Under the pieces are notes generated by a model, which was not told the origin of the DNA, made no database searches, and worked only from the letters and a program-made list of their open reading frames with translations. Position numbers and translations under genes: made by a program. 57,135 nt of DNA from a virus (lineage: Duplodnaviria > Caudoviricetes): the IMG/VR virus record IMGVR_UViG_3300035180_004116, positions 1-57,135 of that record; one strand, written 5' to 3'. Of this stretch, positions 52,493 through 57,135 are shown piece after piece. The stretch's first letter is position 1; each line of letters begins with the position of its first letter.

Positions 52493-52810
52493 ATGGAACG
52501 CACTGACGAGAACTATAGCGGGCTGACGAATTGGCGCCTCGTTCACGACCTCATACATGCGTGTCTGGCCACCAGCTACGGGGCGCCTAACGCCCCTGAG
52601 TTGGTGGAAGCGGCGCTGGCGCAAGTCGATGAGGCGCATGCGTTGCGCGACAAGTACAAGCCGCAGGTGTTGCAGGTCATCGAACTCTGCATGGACGATG
52701 ACAGTGACGTCGAGGACGAAGGCTTCTACCCACTGATCAGTGAAAGCGAAGACTCCGGTGTCTGGATCAGCGTGAGTAAGTGGGTGCCGATGGATGAGGG
52801 GGATGAGTGA
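52493..52810 (+). CDS. Acidic hypothetical protein
   Basis: GGAG RBS; Asp/Glu-rich C-terminal half. Confidence 0.65.
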   Translation: MERTDENYSGLTNWRLVHDLIHACLATSYGAPNAPELVEAALAQVDEAHALRDKYKPQVLQVIELCMDDDSDVEDEGFYPLISESEDSGVWISVSKWVPMDEGDE

Positions 52811-52962
52811 TGCACGACTTCATGATGCTGGGCGGGTCGCTGATGTTGGGCGCGCTGATGTTGGGTGTGCTGATCTGGTGGATTGCTTGGTCAGACCAGA
52901 AGGATTGCGAGAGGATTGAACGGTACAGACAGAGCCACCCCGAAGATGAGGAGAGTGTGTGA
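52810..52962 (+). CDS. Small single-TM protein (50 aa)
   Basis: Read manually; TGATG coupling on both sides. Confidence 0.55.
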   Translation: MHDFMMLGGSLMLGALMLGVLIWWIAWSDQKDCERIERYRQSHPEDEESV

Positions 52963-53011
52963 TGGATGTGAGGCTGCATGACTTCGATGCGGAGAAGAAA
53001 GGAGTGGTGTC

Positions 53012-53245
53012 ATGAGCAAGTTCTGGGAGCGGAGTTGGATTGCGTGTGCCGTAGTGCATGCCTGCGCATGCGTCTTCGGTATTGTTGGTAATTATCTGGG
53101 CATTTGTTTTGTCAGCGCCATCTTCTTTGTGTGCAGCATCATCGCCTACTTCGATTCGAAGAATTATCGCATCGAGCTGGCGAAGTTGGACGCAAACGTT
53201 AAAGAGCTTGTAGCGGCAGCAGAGGGACATGGCCATGGGGAATGA
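53012..53245 (+). CDS. Small 2-TM membrane protein
   Basis: AAGGAG RBS; two hydrophobic segments. Confidence 0.6.
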   Translation: MSKFWERSWIACAVVHACACVFGIVGNYLGICFVSAIFFVCSIIAYFDSKNYRIELAKLDANVKELVAAAEGHGHGE

Positions 53246-53693
53246 TGGGGTGCGCGATGAAGAGGTCGAGGGCCGCAGGCCAGTCGACTTGCCGATGGGC
53301 CGGTATCGGACGGTGCTGTTCAACTACTACTTCGAGCAATTGAGGGGCGAGGATGATCGGATGGTGAAGGCGGCGGAGCGTGTCGCTGAAGTTGTGAAGA
53401 GCGTCAAGGTCGGGAAAGTTGGTGAGCCGTTGATGTCTGACGCTGAGAAGTTGGCCAAGGCGGAGAGGGCAATCGAGTCGCTGAGTTTGGTGGCGGCTAT
53501 CCTGATGTCGACGATCAATTGGTACATTAAGGGGAAGGAGTATCCAGAGGAAGACGATAAGATTTCATTAGACATTTATCAGCGAAACGGCGGTACGCTT
53601 TTCTATAGTGGCATCAGGGTAGGTCAAATCCTTGATGATGCTGGTTTGGCTCTCATCGAGCATGCGGGATATCCAGTGGAGGCATTCGAATGA
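53229..53693 (+). CDS. Hypothetical protein
   Basis: Overlap-coupled ORF. Confidence 0.65.
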   Translation: MAMGNDGVRDEEVEGRRPVDLPMGRYRTVLFNYYFEQLRGEDDRMVKAAERVAEVVKSVKVGKVGEPLMSDAEKLAKAERAIESLSLVAAILMSTINWYIKGKEYPEEDDKISLDIYQRNGGTLFYSGIRVGQILDDAGLALIEHAGYPVEAFE

Positions 53694-54022
53694 TCCCCGA
53701 TAAAGTGAAGGAGGTGGTCGAGCGTCTGAGAGCAGAGGCCGACCGCGAGAAGGTAGAACTCAAGTCTAGGGTCGCTGTCCTGGAGGAGATGGTGTCGGCC
53801 CTGATGGGTGGATTGAACATGATGCGGTCGTTGACCCAGGCGTATGTCGATACGGCGAAGATCGATACGGATAAGTCGGTCTTCGAGGCCACGGTGTCGG
53901 CGCCCGATGGGAGTGTCAGTAAGAAGCAGATCACGCTGACGGAAGTCCTGAAGAGGGCCGACATCTTGTTGATGATGAGGGACACGGAGAACGAAGAAGA
54001 AGCGGCGGAGGTGCGGCCATGA
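53690..54022 (+). CDS. Hypothetical protein with N-terminal coiled coil
   Basis: GGAGG RBS; ATGA overlap. Confidence 0.7.
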   Translation: MIPDKVKEVVERLRAEADREKVELKSRVAVLEEMVSALMGGLNMMRSLTQAYVDTAKIDTDKSVFEATVSAPDGSVSKKQITLTEVLKRADILLMMRDTENEEEAAEVRP

Positions 54023-54117
54023 AGATCGGCGCAAGCATAAATATCATGTGGCTGTGTCCGCATTGTCGGCGATATGCGCAGACGCAGGTGGACCTGGAGA
54101 ATTGGAGGGTGGGATGA
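54019..54117 (+). CDS. Small peptide with CPHC (32 aa)
   Basis: GGAGGT RBS; ATGA overlaps at both ends. Confidence 0.5.
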   Translation: MKIGASINIMWLCPHCRRYAQTQVDLENWRVG

Positions 54118-54455
54118 GTGATGATCGGGATGACACAGAAGTCGAGCGGCTGCGCAACGTCTGTGCGGAGGCGTATCAGTTGGCGGGTACGTTAGGTGGT
54201 TCGGTAGAGGCGATGGATAATCTCGCGGCTGCGGCGGCAGGGGAGCCGTTGCCGCATGAGAGCTTTCTTCCGGTTGGGATGGCGGTGCCGAAGGGGCAGA
54301 GCATCGAGAGGGGCACGGAGCTGTATCGGCGTCAGTTCGGACCGACGACGGAGATCGTGCTTGTGATGGCAGCGGTCGGTATAGTTTTGTCGACAGTTCT
54401 GTTGATCGGCGGTAGTGGCTGGTTGATTTGGTATCTGTGGCATTATCTGAGTTAG
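54114..54455 (+). CDS. Hypothetical protein with C-terminal TM helix
   Basis: GGAGG RBS; start MSDDRDD. Confidence 0.65.
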   Translation: MSDDRDDTEVERLRNVCAEAYQLAGTLGGSVEAMDNLAAAAAGEPLPHESFLPVGMAVPKGQSIERGTELYRRQFGPTTEIVLVMAAVGIVLSTVLLIGGSGWLIWYLWHYLS

Positions 54456-54528
54456 ATGGACCACAAGTGCCATGCACCATGGGTGCGACCGATGCGAAAG
54501 AGGGATTGTGAAACATGGAGACTGACCA

Positions 54529-55017
54529 ATGACCAAGGTGACGATTGAGTTTGATCCGGCCAAGCTGAAAGTTCGATGAGATGCGGAAGGTGGCGGAGAT
54601 TATGACGGGGCTTGAAGAGGTGGCGAAGGGTGGCCTCTTCAAGATGGTGGTGGATGAGACCCGCCTGTTGGCAAGGTCGGGCCTTCGAAGAAGTTGAAGA
54701 GGGCCATTGGGCATGCGGCCAAGGCGAGGGAGCGGCGCCGGTTGGGGATGCCGGAGTTCAAGATGGAGCGGGCCACCAATGTGAGGGAGGCGGAGGCGAT
54801 GATGACGCCGCCGATGCGGGCGGTGTGGGATGTCATCAAGGAGTATGGCGATTGGATTTTGGGGAAGGAGATTGGGGAACTGGTGAGCGATCGGTATCCG
54901 CATTTCCAGTCGTGTATCAAGGCGCTGGAGCGGACGGGGATGATCGTGAGCGAACAGCAGTTGGCCGATGGGTGGCGCAGGGTCAAACGGTATCGGGTGA
55001 ATGATGGACGAGATTAG
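54529..55017 (+). pseudogene. Winged-helix protein gene broken by two compensating 1-nt indels (or sequencing errors)
   Basis: ACATGGAGAC RBS; frames join at AAA 54568-70 and the C run near 54660; C-terminal wHTH MTPPMRAVWDVI...KALERTGMI. Confidence 0.55.
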
Positions 55018-55228
55018 GGTCAGGGCAGGGGATGCCGTGCTGATCTTGCATCAGGATCAGACGTATGAGGTGCATGTGCCGGTCAATCACAGGGATATGG
55101 CAGTGAACTGGGCGGGGCTGTTGGCCTTGGGGTTGGGGAAGTGTTTGGAGAATTCTGACTGGACGGACAAAGTTGTCAGGAAAATACACCGGGAGTTGGT
55201 GATAAAGGGAGCAGAGCCGGACGTCTGA
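55001..55228 (+). CDS. Hypothetical protein
   Basis: 75-aa ORF in the operon. Confidence 0.6.
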   Translation: MMDEIRVRAGDAVLILHQDQTYEVHVPVNHRDMAVNWAGLLALGLGKCLENSDWTDKVVRKIHRELVIKGAEPDV

Positions 55229-55282
55229 TTCGGGAGGGAGTGTGTAACGGAATGTGTCTGAGGGGAGCGAAGCAGAGTAAGG

Positions 55283-55309
55283 AAAAGGAGGGACGAATCC
55301 CTCCTTTTC
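55283..55309 (+). terminator. Terminator-like hairpin
   Basis: GAAAAGGAGGGA-cgaa-TCCCTCCTTTTC, symmetric A/T flanks. Confidence 0.65.
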
Positions 55310-55327
55310 ACACGGAGACCAACACCA

Positions 55328-55488
55328 ATGGCAACAATTTGAAGCAGTTGGTGAAGGAATATCCACCACCGACCAAAGTGGTGGATGGAGTAAATCTTAA
55401 AATACTTGCGGGGGTTGGGGAAGAGTATCATATTGGTGGCAACCCAGACAACTTTGGGCCAACAACGATACGGATACGGTCACAATGA
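55328..55488 (+). pseudogene. Small gene with a frameshift after codon 4
   Basis: ACACGGAGAC RBS and ATG give MATI-stop; the adjacent frame continues LKQLVKEYPPP... to an ATGA overlap. Confidence 0.45.
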
Positions 55489-56015
55489 AAAAACCGACAG
55501 GTAAGGGCCGGTCAGGCCCCAATGGCGACAAGCCTGAAGTCAGCGACAAAGAGAGGATAGCGTACTTAGAGGGACGTCTAAGTGCGCTTGAGAGCTTTGT
55601 GCAGGCGGGATTGATTGGGGGTCAGACGCAGCAGAGAACACAGGGATCTGCGGTCGGATTGTCGAGCGATGTCGTTAGGCTGCATGAGCAGATTTTGGAT
55701 GGGGCGTTTGGTCGGATGACGATCAAGCAGCATGCTGCTTATCAATTGGTCATGGCGGGAAAGAGCAATAGAGAAATTGCGGACGTGCTGCATGTGAGTG
55801 AGAGCACGGCGAAGACCTATGTGTACAGGTTGATGAAGCACTTTGAAGTGAACAATAGAGCGCAGCTCATGTTGAAGACGAAGTCGCATTGGGATGCACT
55901 GGATGCTGGCAAGTATCAGAGCATTGCGGGACTGAGGAAGGACTGGGCAAATTCGATTAGGGAGGATGAGCCGGTGCTGGGGATGTTGCGGAGCAGGAGA
56001 GGTGACGATGAGTGA
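55485..56015 (+). CDS. LuxR/GerE-family HTH regulator without receiver domain
   Basis: MTIKQHAAYQLVMAGKSNREIADVLHVSESTAKTYVYRLMKHFEVNNRAQL. Confidence 0.88.
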   Translation: MKKPTGKGRSGPNGDKPEVSDKERIAYLEGRLSALESFVQAGLIGGQTQQRTQGSAVGLSSDVVRLHEQILDGAFGRMTIKQHAAYQLVMAGKSNREIADVLHVSESTAKTYVYRLMKHFEVNNRAQLMLKTKSHWDALDAGKYQSIAGLRKDWANSIREDEPVLGMLRSRRGDDE

Positions 56016-57135
56016 CCTGAAGTTGAAGGTTGTGGATGGGGTGTATCACGTCCACGGAACCTTCATGGGTCAGAGGGTGAGGAAGAGTTTGAAGGTGCCG
56101 AAGGGGCCGGGCATGAAGGCGCTCGCCGAGGCGGAGGTACGGGATATCAAGAAGGAGATCATGGAGGGCGTGAGCAGGGGACCGGTCGCTCATGGCAAGA
56201 CGATGGTCGATGTTTGGTACGGGTATATGGAGTGGCGGAAAAGTCAGGGAAGGTTACAGCATCAGCAAGAGCGCGAGATGATGAACCAGATGGACTGGTG
56301 GGGAACGACGGCGGTGGCCAAGGTCACGACGTCGAAGATCATGGAGTGGGTGAAAGAGCAGAGGGTCAAGCCGGGTACGACGAAGCGACGGCTCAATGAT
56401 TTGAGTGCGGCGCTGAACTTGGCAAAGAGCATGGGGTGGATCAGGGATGTGCCGGAGATCCCGCGGCCGAAGGTCGATGATGCGAGGGACCGGTATCTGA
56501 ATATTGAGCAGATTGATCAGTTGTGGGCCGACTTCGAGAAGGAGAAGGTCGGGGTCAATCTTGGGTTATTGGTGGATGCTGGGCCACGTCTGAGTGAGGC
56601 GGTGGCCGTGCGGTGGGCAGACGTTGATCTTAAGGCGGGCGAGGTGACGATCAGGAGGAAGGTCAATGGGAAGCCACGGACTCGGAGTATCAAGCTGAGC
56701 GATAGGTTGTGGGTGGCGCTGGAGTGGGCCAAGGAGCAGGGCTGGAAGGTGCCGTTCGGGAATGCGGCAGGGGAACCCTTCAAGGACCGGTGGGAGGTGC
56801 AGGACTATGTGACCAAGGCGCTAGATGGCTGGCTTGAGAAGTATGGGATTGATGATTTTAGGTTGCATGACCTGAGGCATACCTTTGCGTTTCAGGCTGG
56901 TCACCATGGGGTGGACTTGGGCGATCTGATGGTGCTCATGGGGCATACGAATATCAGCATGACGATGCGGTATAGGGGGTTCATTAAGAGCAGGGCGCAG
57001 GTTGTCATTGGTGGATTTGGGAAAAGTGGGCAGGAAATTGGCAGGAAATTGACAAGTGAGGTTGTGGCTGAGGGCCGGAATTCTACCAGCGAGCGTGGCG
57101 AGTTGGTAGAAAATGATGATGAATCAATGATTTGA
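56008..57135 (+). CDS. int: Tyrosine integrase
   Basis: N-terminal arm-binding segment (GQRVRKSL); catalytic R (GPRLSE), HDLRH, MGH, TMRY. Confidence 0.95.
   Translation: MSDLKLKVVDGVYHVHGTFMGQRVRKSLKVPKGPGMKALAEAEVRDIKKEIMEGVSRGPVAHGKTMVDVWYGYMEWRKSQGRLQHQQEREMMNQMDWWGTTAVAKVTTSKIMEWVKEQRVKPGTTKRRLNDLSAALNLAKSMGWIRDVPEIPRPKVDDARDRYLNIEQIDQLWADFEKEKVGVNLGLLVDAGPRLSEAVAVRWADVDLKAGEVTIRRKVNGKPRTRSIKLSDRLWVALEWAKEQGWKVPFGNAAGEPFKDRWEVQDYVTKALDGWLEKYGIDDFRLHDLRHTFAFQAGHHGVDLGDLMVLMGHTNISMTMRYRGFIKSRAQVVIGGFGKSGQEIGRKLTSEVVAEGRNSTSERGELVENDDESMI
57029..57134 (+). promoter_or_regulatory. att arm: tandem arm-type repeats and IHF site within the int 3' end
   Basis: GGCAGGAAATT x2 at 57029-57050; AATCAAtgatTTG (WATCAANNNNTTR) at 57122-57134. 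Confidence 0.6.

Larger units (their letters stand above)
1..57135. mobile_element. Temperate podovirus-like prophage, near complete
   Basis: Terminase, portal, capsid, short-tail and ejection genes, lysis cassette, replication/recombination genes and a terminal tyrosine integrase; no tape measure, tube or sheath genes seen. Confidence 0.93.

Noticed and set aside
54529-54700. TGA recoding or programmed frameshifting
   Set aside because: TGA is used as a normal stop throughout; no canonical slippery heptamer; the shifted frame reads as better protein

Overview
This window is an essentially complete GC-rich temperate podovirus-like (pro)phage, trimmed to gene boundaries. The first ORF (minus strand) and the tyrosine integrase (plus strand) converge across the window ends, where the att site should lie. 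Modules in order: a small leftward operon (HTH/Zn-finger protein, Holliday-junction resolvase, tiny basic peptides; 1-1.9 kb); a lipoprotein moron and probable origin (2.1-2.7 kb); PrimPol-helicase and a Cro-like gene; a divergent Sak4/SSB/exonuclease/dNMP-kinase operon (5.1-8.9 kb); a 33-kb leftward late operon (terS, terL, portal, tail-fibre cassette, scaffold, capsid, tail, ejection proteins including a 3714-aa giant, lysis); and a rightward early region (43-57 kb) with many small genes, a MoxR/CobS-type AAA+ plus peptidase-vWA pair, a LuxR-type regulator and the integrase. I found no CI-type repressor, DNA polymerase, tRNA or CRISPR array. The least-explained signals are mostly non-coding. 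They are a duplicated, covarying two-state RNA element between early genes; a GGACGAC-N18/19-TAnnnT motif in all six larger late intergenic gaps; a TGACAAC-N4-GTTGTCA operator; and a recurrent ACACGGAGAC ribosome-binding motif. Among proteins, there is a tandem pair of paralogous pilot-like proteins with a shared putative processing domain, and the AAA+/vWA-peptidase module carries a nested start. All family calls come from motif recognition by eye; no database search was run.
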